From: a virus
Taxonomy: Duplodnaviria; Caudoviricetes
Length of the DNA: 64,000 nucleotides
Strand: one strand, 5' to 3'
IMG/VR virus record: IMGVR_UViG_3300047508_000144
Coordinates: 1,751-65,750 of that record
Shown: positions 55,278 through 63,455 of the stretch, in pieces
Layout: each line of letters begins with the position of its first letter
How positions within the stretch are numbered: position 1 is the stretch's first letter
Notes under the pieces: generated by a model
Seen by the model: only the letters and a program-made list of their open reading frames with translations
Told to the model about the DNA's origin: nothing
Database searches by the model: none
Made by a program: the position numbers and the translations under genes

Positions 55278-56396
55278 TCAGTCGTCGTCCCAATCCTTGA
55301 GGATGGTATCGAGGGGCGGCGATCCCGTGGTAGCGGGAGCAGAGGCAGGAGCCCGCTTTGCGACGGGCTCATCCTCATCGTCATCATCCAGTACCGCAGT
55401 CTTGCGCGCCGCGGCGGCAGCCGCAGCCGCTTCGGCCTTCTTCTGGGCCTTGCCCTTCCCGTTCGTAGGTGCAGCTGCAGCGGGAGCTGCTGCTGGTGCA
55501 GGCTTAGGCGCAGCAGCCTTCTTAGGAGCTGCAGGCGGCGCAATCTCCAACGGAGATTCGTCCTCGTCAGTCTCTTCCTCGTCCGCTTCGGTGATGCCCG
55601 GCGGACGTGTACCGGCGAAGCCGGTGAAGTCAGTCTTGAGCAGATCATCGAGACTGGGCGACTCGGCGATCTCCGCACACGTTGCCATCTCCTCCTCGCT
55701 CAGCCAGCGGCCGGGCGAGAACCACAGCTTCGGGTACGACTTGGTATTGTCAAACCTGATCTTGGTGGTCAGCGAGTAGGTAAACGGCACCTGCTTCGAC
55801 TTGAGGAAGTTGAGATAGTTCGTGAATGCGAACATCCCCTTGGCTTGTGCTTCCTTGTTGAGACCGTCGAAGTCACTGGTCTGTGGAATCTTGAGACGCA
55901 GCACCGGCGCCGCAGTGAGGTCGCGGCTCTTCGGCACGATTGCAAGGTTGCGGTGCACGGCGCACGCCGCAGCAGGCTTGCCCTGATCGGTCTGCCGCGA
56001 GCCCTTGATCGACTGCGGGCAGACGTTGCACTTCTCCGACTGCCGCTCGGACGAGTTCGGGCTCGACGTGACCCCGTCGTTCGACCAGCAGACCGGCGCG
56101 TTCTCCGCGTTCGGATCATAGGCGCGCCCGCCGTAGTACGCACGCCCACGGTTCTCGTTGTAGGCGATGATGATGGCATCGAAAGTCTGGATCAGTTCTT
56201 CTTCGCCATCTGCATTGGTGCGCATCAGCGGCTTCTTGCTGCCGTCGATGATCACCGTCCAGACCTTGCCGGGGAAGGTCAGAGCGTTGACCTGACTCCG
56301 GGTTACGATGTTGCTGGTCCCGGCCTCCTGCGCGGCCTTGACGTGTGCCGGCGTTTGGTTCGGGTCGAAGATTGCTAGCGGATTGTTGTTAGCCAT
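55278..56396 (-). CDS. Putative ssDNA-binding/annealing protein
   Basis: RAYY..YDP...PVCWSNDG, C..CP..IKGS, acidic tail ending DWDDD; replication context. Confidence 0.7.
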   Translation of the reverse strand: MANNNPLAIFDPNQTPAHVKAAQEAGTSNIVTRSQVNALTFPGKVWTVIIDGSKKPLMRTNADGEEELIQTFDAIIIAYNENRGRAYYGGRAYDPNAENAPVCWSNDGVTSSPNSSERQSEKCNVCPQSIKGSRQTDQGKPAAACAVHRNLAIVPKSRDLTAAPVLRLKIPQTSDFDGLNKEAQAKGMFAFTNYLNFLKSKQVPFTYSLTTKIRFDNTKSYPKLWFSPGRWLSEEEMATCAEIAESPSLDDLLKTDFTGFAGTRPPGITEADEEETDEDESPLEIAPPAAPKKAAAPKPAPAAAPAAAAPTNGKGKAQKKAEAAAAAAAARKTAVLDDDDEDEPVAKRAPASAPATTGSPPLDTILKDWDDD

Positions 56397-56463
56397 TTCA
56401 ATGTATCCTTAGTTTGCGTTCCAAGGTCAGTCGGGGTCCTGGGACGGAACACACCCAGGACCC

Positions 56464-56484
56464 GGTGTTACACCATGTAACACT
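56464..56484. repeat. 21-bp palindrome copy 9 (GGTGTTACACCATGTAACACT)
   Basis: Read directly; overlaps the stop at 56484, next to a GC hairpin at about 56432-56465. Confidence 0.88.
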
Positions 56485-56882
56485 TATTTGCGGAGAACTT
56501 TGGCGATGTACTCTTTCACCACGGTGATCCCGGGCGGGAGTTCGTCCTTGTTATCCTCCATGAATTGCGTGATGAAGGATTTCTTGACGCGACGTTCGAG
56601 CGCATCGAACGCCTCGTTCTCGGCGATCCAGGCATAGAACGCATTCCAGTCTTCGCAACTGGGTTTGACATCGAGAGAACGATATATCGTTCCGTGCTTT
56701 GTGCGCGCGCTCTCGATACCCAAGTCCCGCAGCGTCTCCAGGAAGAAGCCCTCAATAGTATCGATCTGATCCTTCAGCTTGAGGTCTTCGGCCTCCCACG
56801 CTTTCTTCAATTCGGACCGCTTATCCCTGATCTTGACATAGGTTGCAGCGGCCTTGTCGAGCTTCACCTCTTGCTCAGTCAT
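56484..56882 (-). CDS. Conserved phage replication-module protein (start MTEQEV)
   Basis: YVKIRD coiled coil, RTKHGT, DW..FY.WI, LERRV, LPPG motifs; AAAGGA RBS. Confidence 0.75.
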   Translation of the reverse strand: MTEQEVKLDKAAATYVKIRDKRSELKKAWEAEDLKLKDQIDTIEGFFLETLRDLGIESARTKHGTIYRSLDVKPSCEDWNAFYAWIAENEAFDALERRVKKSFITQFMEDNKDELPPGITVVKEYIAKVLRK

Positions 56883-56917
56883 CGGCTTTCCTTTCAGTAA
56901 GATTTTCAGTTGGTCAG

Positions 56918-58474
56918 TCATTGGATAACCCTCTCGTACAGTTTCAGTATACTCTCCTGGTTAAGTGCCCGGCCATCGAGCAAGTTGTAGATGTCCTGCT
57001 CGAATGGACAGGCGGCGATACGAACGATGGTCATCTTACGGGTCTGCCCCGTACGATTAAATCGTTCGATTACTTGCGCGTATTCGTCGTGCGAATAGAT
57101 CGGCGCATAGAAGATGGTCGTGTCGGCTTCTGTCAGATTGAGTCCATGAGCCATCACCTTGGGGTGGCATAGCAGCACGCGCGGGTCGGGCCCCGATTTG
57201 AAAGCACGAATGATCCGATTGCGTGCGCCGATGCTAACATCGCCGTTCATCACCGCAAGGCTAAAATGCTTCGCGAGTTCAGTCTCCAGTGCACGGGTGA
57301 TTCCCTTGAACGGAACGATCACAATCACCTTGGCCGAAGCCTCATTGATTGTATCGATCAATTCGTTGAGCCGGGCCGAGTGGTCAATGGTCTCGTACGT
57401 ATCATCCCCGTTCTTCACTGCCCCGCAGCAGATTTGCCGGAGCTTGATAAGCGCATCTGCGGCGTTGACCGCGGTGATCCTCGTGGTCTTGGCTTGCAGG
57501 ATCATGTAATCCCGCATGAGGTTGTATGCTTTCTCCTGCTCCGCCGTGAGCTTCGTGCGCCGGTTGGCAACAGTCAGCGGTGGCAGGCTGATGCAATCCT
57601 TCTTCTTGATGCGCCATGCCGGCTGCAGCGCATCGAACACGATCTGTTCGTGGCCGTTCACCGGGCGCCACTTGTACTGACCCACCTGCCGCATGGTCAT
57701 GCGCTGGAACGTGCCGAAGAACTTGGGCACTCGCGCCGGACAGACCAGCCGCGCGAGCGCCCATGCGTCCGTTGGTGCATTAGGACAAGGAGTACCGGTC
57801 AGCAGCCATACCCGCTTCTTGTTCTCGGTAGCCCACGCAAAATACTTGTACGAAATGTTGCGGCTGTTGCGAAAGAAGCTCGCCTCGTCGAGGATGATGA
57901 GGTCGATGTCTTTTCGTTTGCGTACCAGCTTGGCGATCTCCTGGTCTCTGATCATGTCATGGTTGGCAATGTAGAAGTCCACGTCCATGCCGAAAGCATT
58001 AAGCCGGTACTCACGATCGCCATGAGTGACCACGCTCGACCGATGCATCAAGACATCGAAGATGTCTTGCTGCCACACAGTCTCCAGAATGGACAGCGGT
58101 GAAAGGATAAGCGCTCTCCTTACTATGCCGACTGACATGAGATAGTCCGCGGCCCACAGCGCCGAGAAGCTCTTGCCGACTCCCATCTCCGAGAGATTGA
58201 GACACTTGAGATTACGGACGTGGAAGTCCGTCATCGGTCGCTGATGTACGAACGGCGTGTACTTGCCCGGCCAGTTGTACTGATACTCGACAGGAGACGG
58301 CACGTCCTTGAACCCAAGCTCATTGAGTTTAAGCGTGGTCTCCAACGTGTGCTTGATTTGAACGTTGCCTTCGGCAGCGTTGATCAGGCGACTCTGTCTG
58401 GGAAAAAATGTGAGCACACGCGACGGATCGCGTAGCTTGAGCACGACGCTCTTGGTTGGTTGGTGTATCAACAT
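56918..58474 (-). CDS. SNF2/DEAD-like helicase
   Basis: EMGVGKS, ILDEAS, LTGTP, HGLNLT, Q..ERFNRTGQ. Confidence 0.92.
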   Translation of the reverse strand: MLIHQPTKSVVLKLRDPSRVLTFFPRQSRLINAAEGNVQIKHTLETTLKLNELGFKDVPSPVEYQYNWPGKYTPFVHQRPMTDFHVRNLKCLNLSEMGVGKSFSALWAADYLMSVGIVRRALILSPLSILETVWQQDIFDVLMHRSSVVTHGDREYRLNAFGMDVDFYIANHDMIRDQEIAKLVRKRKDIDLIILDEASFFRNSRNISYKYFAWATENKKRVWLLTGTPCPNAPTDAWALARLVCPARVPKFFGTFQRMTMRQVGQYKWRPVNGHEQIVFDALQPAWRIKKKDCISLPPLTVANRRTKLTAEQEKAYNLMRDYMILQAKTTRITAVNAADALIKLRQICCGAVKNGDDTYETIDHSARLNELIDTINEASAKVIVIVPFKGITRALETELAKHFSLAVMNGDVSIGARNRIIRAFKSGPDPRVLLCHPKVMAHGLNLTEADTTIFYAPIYSHDEYAQVIERFNRTGQTRKMTIVRIAACPFEQDIYNLLDGRALNQESILKLYERVIQ

Positions 58475-58496
58475 GTTCAGTCACTCTCTACTTATA

Positions 58497-58525
58497 AGTG
58501 TATCATCTTATTAGGTATTTGTCAA
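58497..58525 (-). promoter_or_regulatory. Sigma70-type promoter TTGACA-N17-TACACT with extended -10 TG
   Basis: Consensus -35, 17-bp spacer, directly upstream of the helicase. Confidence 0.8.
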
Positions 58526-58882
58526 GTTTTGCTGCCACTTCATCAGCTGGTGATGATGACTAGGTTTTACGATCTCTAAATCAAACATGAGTGTGGTGCG
58601 TAATACCTCGACATTGGTTTCGTCCACCAAGAAAGCATAGTGCCCGGCGTCGTGAATCATTTTGAGAAACTCAAGTTGTAGCTGCGTTGGTACGTCGTCG
58701 TACTTGGTCTCGATTGCCATGAATAGCGCGGGCTTCTTCACGGCAAGGAAGTCACTCACACCGACCCGACCAAACATACCGGAATTCGGCATCCAGCATT
58801 TCCACCCGGTGTCCTTAAGAATTAGTTTAACTTGTTTCTTGACCCACCACTCACTCTGGTCAGCGGTCTTTGGTTTCCTCAT
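58511..58882 (-). CDS. VRR-NUC-like nuclease/resolvase (start MRKPK)
   Basis: E..VK, GVSDF, IETK, PTQLQ..FL motifs. Confidence 0.82.
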   Translation of the reverse strand: MRKPKTADQSEWWVKKQVKLILKDTGWKCWMPNSGMFGRVGVSDFLAVKKPALFMAIETKYDDVPTQLQLEFLKMIHDAGHYAFLVDETNVEVLRTTLMFDLEIVKPSHHHQLMKWQQNLTNT

Positions 58883-59553
58883 CGCTTCGGTCTCCAGTAC
58901 TTGCAGCCAATCACAGGACACCACCCGTTGCAGAGTCCGGATTGGCGCAGCTGCCAGGTGTCAGTTCTAAAAGCTTCACGGTACTGACGCAGATCGCCAG
59001 TGAGTTCGCCCCATAGCGCGGGCACCTGTTCGCGGCTCCACCGCTTGACGGACGTGGTGCGATCCTTGGTCCAGTAGAACATGACGTCGATCGTGTCGAA
59101 GTAACCGAACTCCTGGAATGCCCACAGTGCATAGATGACCAGCTGGTTGAACTTGTTGTATGGCTTGCCGGTCTTGTAGTCCACGATCCACCCGTGGCGC
59201 TCGCGTGCATCGATCTTCAGGTAGTCGATGATCATCCGGCACCACACGTTCTTGTCGCCCCATTCGCAAGTCTCCAGGTTCTTCGCCAGCGCCGCCTTGT
59301 GCTCGATGTACGCATTGCCGGATTGCGCAGCCAGGACCTGCATGAACGGTTCGTGAGTCGCTAAGTCAGGCGGCAGCTTCACACGCTTCGGTCTCTGCCT
59401 ATCGGCGAACGCCTCATGTACGTACTTGCCATACACCTGCTCCTTACTATCCTCCTCAGGTGGCAGGTCCTTGAGCACATAGCGATGGTGGTACTGCTCC
59501 GGGCAGTTCTTGAAAGTATCCAGCGCGCTTGGTGACCAAGGGAGTGGTTTCAT
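58879..59553 (-). CDS. PD-(D/E)XK (Cas4/RecB-like) exonuclease (start MKPLPW)
   Basis: WSPS.L..F..CP, G..VH, IIDY..VDYKTG, QL..YA, C-terminal C..WC....C. Confidence 0.88.
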   Translation of the reverse strand: MKPLPWSPSALDTFKNCPEQYHHRYVLKDLPPEEDSKEQVYGKYVHEAFADRQRPKRVKLPPDLATHEPFMQVLAAQSGNAYIEHKAALAKNLETCEWGDKNVWCRMIIDYLKIDARERHGWIVDYKTGKPYNKFNQLVIYALWAFQEFGYFDTIDVMFYWTKDRTTSVKRWSREQVPALWGELTGDLRQYREAFRTDTWQLRQSGLCNGWCPVIGCKYWRPKR

Positions 59554-60155
59554 GTGCGTAGTCCTGTTAAGTCGGATGGTTGCCGTCTGGTCTTGACTGG
59601 GCCGTTGTCGAACAAGGTGGTCTCCTTGCCCCAGCTGGTCCAACCCGGGCGAGTGTTGCGACTGAACAATTCGAGATAGGGTCCAGCATAAAGTCGTTCG
59701 ATATACTCGTAGGCAATCTCCGGCTTGCGAGAATGTTCGCGGCGCGGCGCAATGATCAACTCCGGGACATCATGAGCCAGCACTTTTGGTTTGCCGCGAA
59801 CCGCAAGCAGGCAACGCTCCGGGTTGGCACGAGTAGAGTACCCGTTGCCGATCGGGAAACGCTTGCCGTCCTTGGTGGTCTTGACATAGGTGAAGATGGT
59901 GCCCTTCTCGACGAAGCCCCAGCTGTCCAGCAGATCGGCGATGACGCGCGACGGCAGCCAGCGTGTGACCCACAGCAGCAACGCACAATCCCTAGCAGTG
60001 AAGGTATCCAGCGTCCTGCGTAGCGCATGCAGCTGTACGAGACTCAGCGTGTCGTAATGCGAGACCGCGCTGCGGCCGGTGCCCTTGGCCGAGAACGTTT
60101 TGAACGACCACGGCGGGTCCGCATAGATGACGCTGAAGCGGCCGAGTTCTCTCAT
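59550..60155 (-). CDS. MT-A70 family methyltransferase
   Basis: VIYADPPW, LLWVT, WGF, HSRKP, YLELFSR, GW..WG motifs. Confidence 0.92.
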   Translation of the reverse strand: MRELGRFSVIYADPPWSFKTFSAKGTGRSAVSHYDTLSLVQLHALRRTLDTFTARDCALLLWVTRWLPSRVIADLLDSWGFVEKGTIFTYVKTTKDGKRFPIGNGYSTRANPERCLLAVRGKPKVLAHDVPELIIAPRREHSRKPEIAYEYIERLYAGPYLELFSRNTRPGWTSWGKETTLFDNGPVKTRRQPSDLTGLRT

Positions 60156-60724
60156 GTGAGCTTGATCCCAAGTTTGCGGACGATCTGGTTGGCGCGGATT
60201 GCCTGGTTCTCGGCATCAGCAAGCGCAGTATGCAGCGTGCCCAGATACTGTCCCTCCTCAATGGTCAACATGCTGCGCAACGTGCGGAAGCAGCGATCAT
60301 GCCTAAAGCTCCAGGGCGTATCACGTGAAGCTATCTCGTACGCCTGTCTCAGGAGTACGTTGTCGAAGCCGGCGCCGTTGCCCCAGATACGCACGTTGGT
60401 GATCTGGAGACCTTGCACGATGATCTGGGGCAGTTCGTGAAGCCAGCCACTGAACCCGTCCAGCGCCACGAGCGTCGTGACCTTGGGCATGTGCCACCAC
60501 TCTCTACGTGCTTCGTCGCGCTCTCTGTCCATCCACCACATCAGGGTCTCGGCATCGACGCGCAGCCCGGTATTAGTCGGGGCGATCGCAACCTCGAACC
60601 GATCTGTGATGATCTTGTCTTGCTGTTCAGTGTAGGGATTGAACACACAAGCCCCGATCGAAATGATGGTGGAATAGGGAGAGGTCCCCCAGGTCTCCAG
60701 ATCAAGCATTACATGATGTAACAT
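60152..60724 (-). CDS. DEDDh 3'-5' exonuclease/exoribonuclease (start MLHHVM)
   Basis: MLDLET, WGNGAGFDN, RCFRT, HTALADA. Confidence 0.88.
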   Translation of the reverse strand: MLHHVMLDLETWGTSPYSTIISIGACVFNPYTEQQDKIITDRFEVAIAPTNTGLRVDAETLMWWMDRERDEARREWWHMPKVTTLVALDGFSGWLHELPQIIVQGLQITNVRIWGNGAGFDNVLLRQAYEIASRDTPWSFRHDRCFRTLRSMLTIEEGQYLGTLHTALADAENQAIRANQIVRKLGIKLT

Positions 60725-60725
60725 T
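60705..60725. repeat. Degenerate palindrome copy 10 (AGCATTACATGATGTAACATT)
   Basis: Core TTACATGATGTAA intact; overlaps the exonuclease start codon. Confidence 0.6.
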
Positions 60726-61019
60726 TTATTTTCCCTTGTTGATGCAATGAAGGTAGAAGCCAACGCGAACAGCCGTCGTCACGTCATAGATCAAGCGTTC
60801 GAGATTGTCCGGGTCCATGCCCTTTCTTCCCAGTATGATGCCAACTGCGGCAGTGACGACGCCAACAGTTTCGTTTCGCGAGTAGATAGCCCGATCAAGA
60901 AACTCCACCATCTTGGCGATGCGCGGATCGAGCCCCGTATCTCGTCCGTTAGCCTTACCTGTTTCCAGCATCTCTTTCAGGTAGTCGGGGTTAGGTAACG
61001 TGACCATCTTGCTGCTCAT
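60726..61019 (-). CDS. Hypothetical protein
   Basis: ORF in operon orientation. Confidence 0.6.
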   Translation of the reverse strand: MSSKMVTLPNPDYLKEMLETGKANGRDTGLDPRIAKMVEFLDRAIYSRNETVGVVTAAVGIILGRKGMDPDNLERLIYDVTTAVRVGFYLHCINKGK

Positions 61020-61536
61020 CTTTCTGGACGTATTGATAACCTAATTCCTTGAGCCTGGGCTTGTCGTACGGTTCGTCGAACACTCCGCCAGTCTCACCCC
61101 TAAGGGTTAACAAATTCTTGTCGCGATCGATCTTGATGATCTCGAACTTTCTTTTTGTTCGTGTGTTAACTAAGTAGCCAGTCATGGTGGTCACTCCATT
61201 TTGGTATGTCGCACTGGATATTAAGCTTTGCCAAAGCATCATCGGCCTTCTATGGCATTGTGTTTGTGTGCTCTTTATCCAGCTGTTTGTGGTTACACAA
61301 CAACCGAGGTTGCAAAGCTCCCGCATCAATGGACCAATAGCGCGCTTCTCATGAGTGCGAGCATTAGGATGTCGTGATCGACATAGGCGGACTATATCGT
61401 CAGTTATAAAATAGGGTTTACGCTTAGCTATAATCTTGCCGCACTCCAGCATGCATTGCCACCAATGAGCATTAGCCGCTTCTTGCGCTTGGTCCATACC
61501 TGCACGTTTGCCTCGTTCTCCACCGTCTTTACTCAT
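60991..61536 (-). CDS. Hypothetical protein, probably two in-frame modules (internal start at 61185)
   Basis: AGGAG RBS at 61536; internal GGAGTGACCACC-ATG. Confidence 0.6.
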   Translation of the reverse strand: MSKDGGERGKRAGMDQAQEAANAHWWQCMLECGKIIAKRKPYFITDDIVRLCRSRHPNARTHEKRAIGPLMRELCNLGCCVTTNSWIKSTQTQCHRRPMMLWQSLISSATYQNGVTTMTGYLVNTRTKRKFEIIKIDRDKNLLTLRGETGGVFDEPYDKPRLKELGYQYVQKDEQQDGHVT

Positions 61537-61560
61537 GATTGTTTGTCTCCTGTTTGTTAG

Positions 61561-63450
61561 TCACTTGAACTCGAACGGCTTCAGGTCGCCCCATGAAGGC
61601 CCCACCTTGACATCCCACGGAAGAGGGATCGGCGGCTTGAACCTCCACGTAGCTTCGTACGGAAGGTTATCCAGGATGTCCTTGATGTGGCGTGCAGCGT
61701 CCGGCACCTTCGGTGTCGGCACATAGAAGTACAATCCATCGTGCAGGTCCCACGCAAAGCGCGCGCCGATCCCGTTGACATATTCGCGCACACATCGCAG
61801 GGCGAGATACTTCTGCTCGGCGCCCGTGCCTTGCACAGGATAGTTGATAGCTGTGCCCTCCATCTGCCAACTCATGTTGCCGCCCCACTGACCGACAACG
61901 CGAACACGCCGTCCTGCAATAGTCTCCACGTACCCCTTGCTTTGTGCTGACTGGATTTGACGGGCCCAGTATCTCGGAACTTCCGTGTAAGTGTTCAGGT
62001 AAATTTTATGGATGCGCTGCGCCTCTTCGAGTGAGATCGAGATGCCGTGGTCAACCACAGCAACTTGATGAAGTTTTTTATATCCGACACGATACTGGCA
62101 CGACAGGTTCAGCACCTTGCCGCATTGGCGCAAGTGAGCTTCCCGTGAACCGGAATTTTTAGCGTTGGTCTTGATCTGATCATACGAATAATGCGAGTCA
62201 ATTCGCGAAGCCATGAAGGCATGTGGGTCCCGGCTCTGACCATAGACATCGGTTTGACATAGCGTGAGCATGGTCTTGTCCCCCGACACGATCGCCATCC
62301 AGCGATACTCCTGACCGGCGGCGTCGAACTCCATCAGCGTGAACCCTGGCGGTGGCACGATGATCCGGCGGAACAGCGGATCGCGTTTCATTTGATGCAA
62401 GGCGAAGCCTGTCTGCCGCTCGCCTTTGTTCTTGCCTTGCTTGGAAGAGAACGTCATGCGTCCGCTGTAGGTGCCGAACACCCGGGCCTGAGGATGCGCA
62501 CGTCGATCTCCGTTGTAGGCACAAGCCATGAGTGGCGCCACTGCGAACTTGGTATTGTTGTTTAGTGCCTCTCTGTACTCTTTGATCTCGCGTACACGCT
62601 TGTCGCGCAGCGCCAGCTTGTACAGTACCGCCTTGTCGGTCGAGCGCGCACCGGTGGCAGTGAAGTTGAACACAGGTAAATCCCACTGATCGTAGAGCAC
62701 GCTACCGAGTTGCTTCGGCGAGCGCACAATCTTCTCGGTAATGCCGTGAGGCGCCAAGCTGGCGAGCTTGGCGGCAGCCGTTCGCTTGAGGCACGCGGAA
62801 AGATTGCGGGCCTCGACTGTGTCCACGAGCATCCCCTCCAAGTTGGCACGAGCGATCATCTTGAACGACGCAGCCTCGATGATCGCCACGGTTTGTTGAG
62901 ACGGACTCAAGCTACCCCAGAATTTCTTGGCTAGCCGGAGAGTGAAGAAACAATCTTTAATATTGTACTCGTGTAATTTTTGAAGTTCGGCCGGATCGGT
63001 GCCGTGGTAGTCGACGTCGGCTTCGTAGCCAGCATGCTTCGGAAAGAAGATGGGCACAGCTGCCTTGAGGCTGTAACTCCGCCCTTGTTTGTGATCGTAC
63101 TCCGGCTCGATATCCAGATGACGCCACAGCAGCATCGCATCAAGAAAGCGAACCTGATCGAGGAGCTTATAGATCGTCGGTTTCCGCTCCGCGTATGCAT
63201 AGAGCCACGCTAGATCGAAGAGCACGTTCCACCCCACCAGGATGTGCCCGGTCTCGACGGCCCACGTCAGCATCTCGCGGATGTTTTCTATTCTCGGGTG
63301 GAGCTTGCCAGCATGCTGGGTCTCACCGTCCTGGCGCCACACCCAAGCGAGTGACGTGAGCCACGCCTTGCCTTGGCGAAGTCGCCAAGGCTGCAGCGCG
63401 TACTCCGGCAACTCGCCGCTCGTCTCGACGTCGAAAGCTGCGATCTTCAT
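61561..63450 (-). CDS. polA: DNA polymerase family A with 3'-5' exonuclease domain (start MKIAAF)
   Basis: Exo DVET, WNVLFD, YN.KD; SGRMT; motif A DAAGQEYR; motif B RQCGKVLNLSCQY; NYPVQGTG; motif C LHDG. Confidence 0.92.
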   Translation of the reverse strand: MKIAAFDVETSGELPEYALQPWRLRQGKAWLTSLAWVWRQDGETQHAGKLHPRIENIREMLTWAVETGHILVGWNVLFDLAWLYAYAERKPTIYKLLDQVRFLDAMLLWRHLDIEPEYDHKQGRSYSLKAAVPIFFPKHAGYEADVDYHGTDPAELQKLHEYNIKDCFFTLRLAKKFWGSLSPSQQTVAIIEAASFKMIARANLEGMLVDTVEARNLSACLKRTAAAKLASLAPHGITEKIVRSPKQLGSVLYDQWDLPVFNFTATGARSTDKAVLYKLALRDKRVREIKEYREALNNNTKFAVAPLMACAYNGDRRAHPQARVFGTYSGRMTFSSKQGKNKGERQTGFALHQMKRDPLFRRIIVPPPGFTLMEFDAAGQEYRWMAIVSGDKTMLTLCQTDVYGQSRDPHAFMASRIDSHYSYDQIKTNAKNSGSREAHLRQCGKVLNLSCQYRVGYKKLHQVAVVDHGISISLEEAQRIHKIYLNTYTEVPRYWARQIQSAQSKGYVETIAGRRVRVVGQWGGNMSWQMEGTAINYPVQGTGAEQKYLALRCVREYVNGIGARFAWDLHDGLYFYVPTPKVPDAARHIKDILDNLPYEATWRFKPPIPLPWDVKVGPSWGDLKPFEFK

Positions 63451-63455
63451 GTGAG

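Noticed and set aside
58879-59553. Cas4-like nuclease as part of a CRISPR system
   Set aside because: Stand-alone PD-(D/E)XK nucleases are common in phage replication modules; no cas1/cas2 or array present
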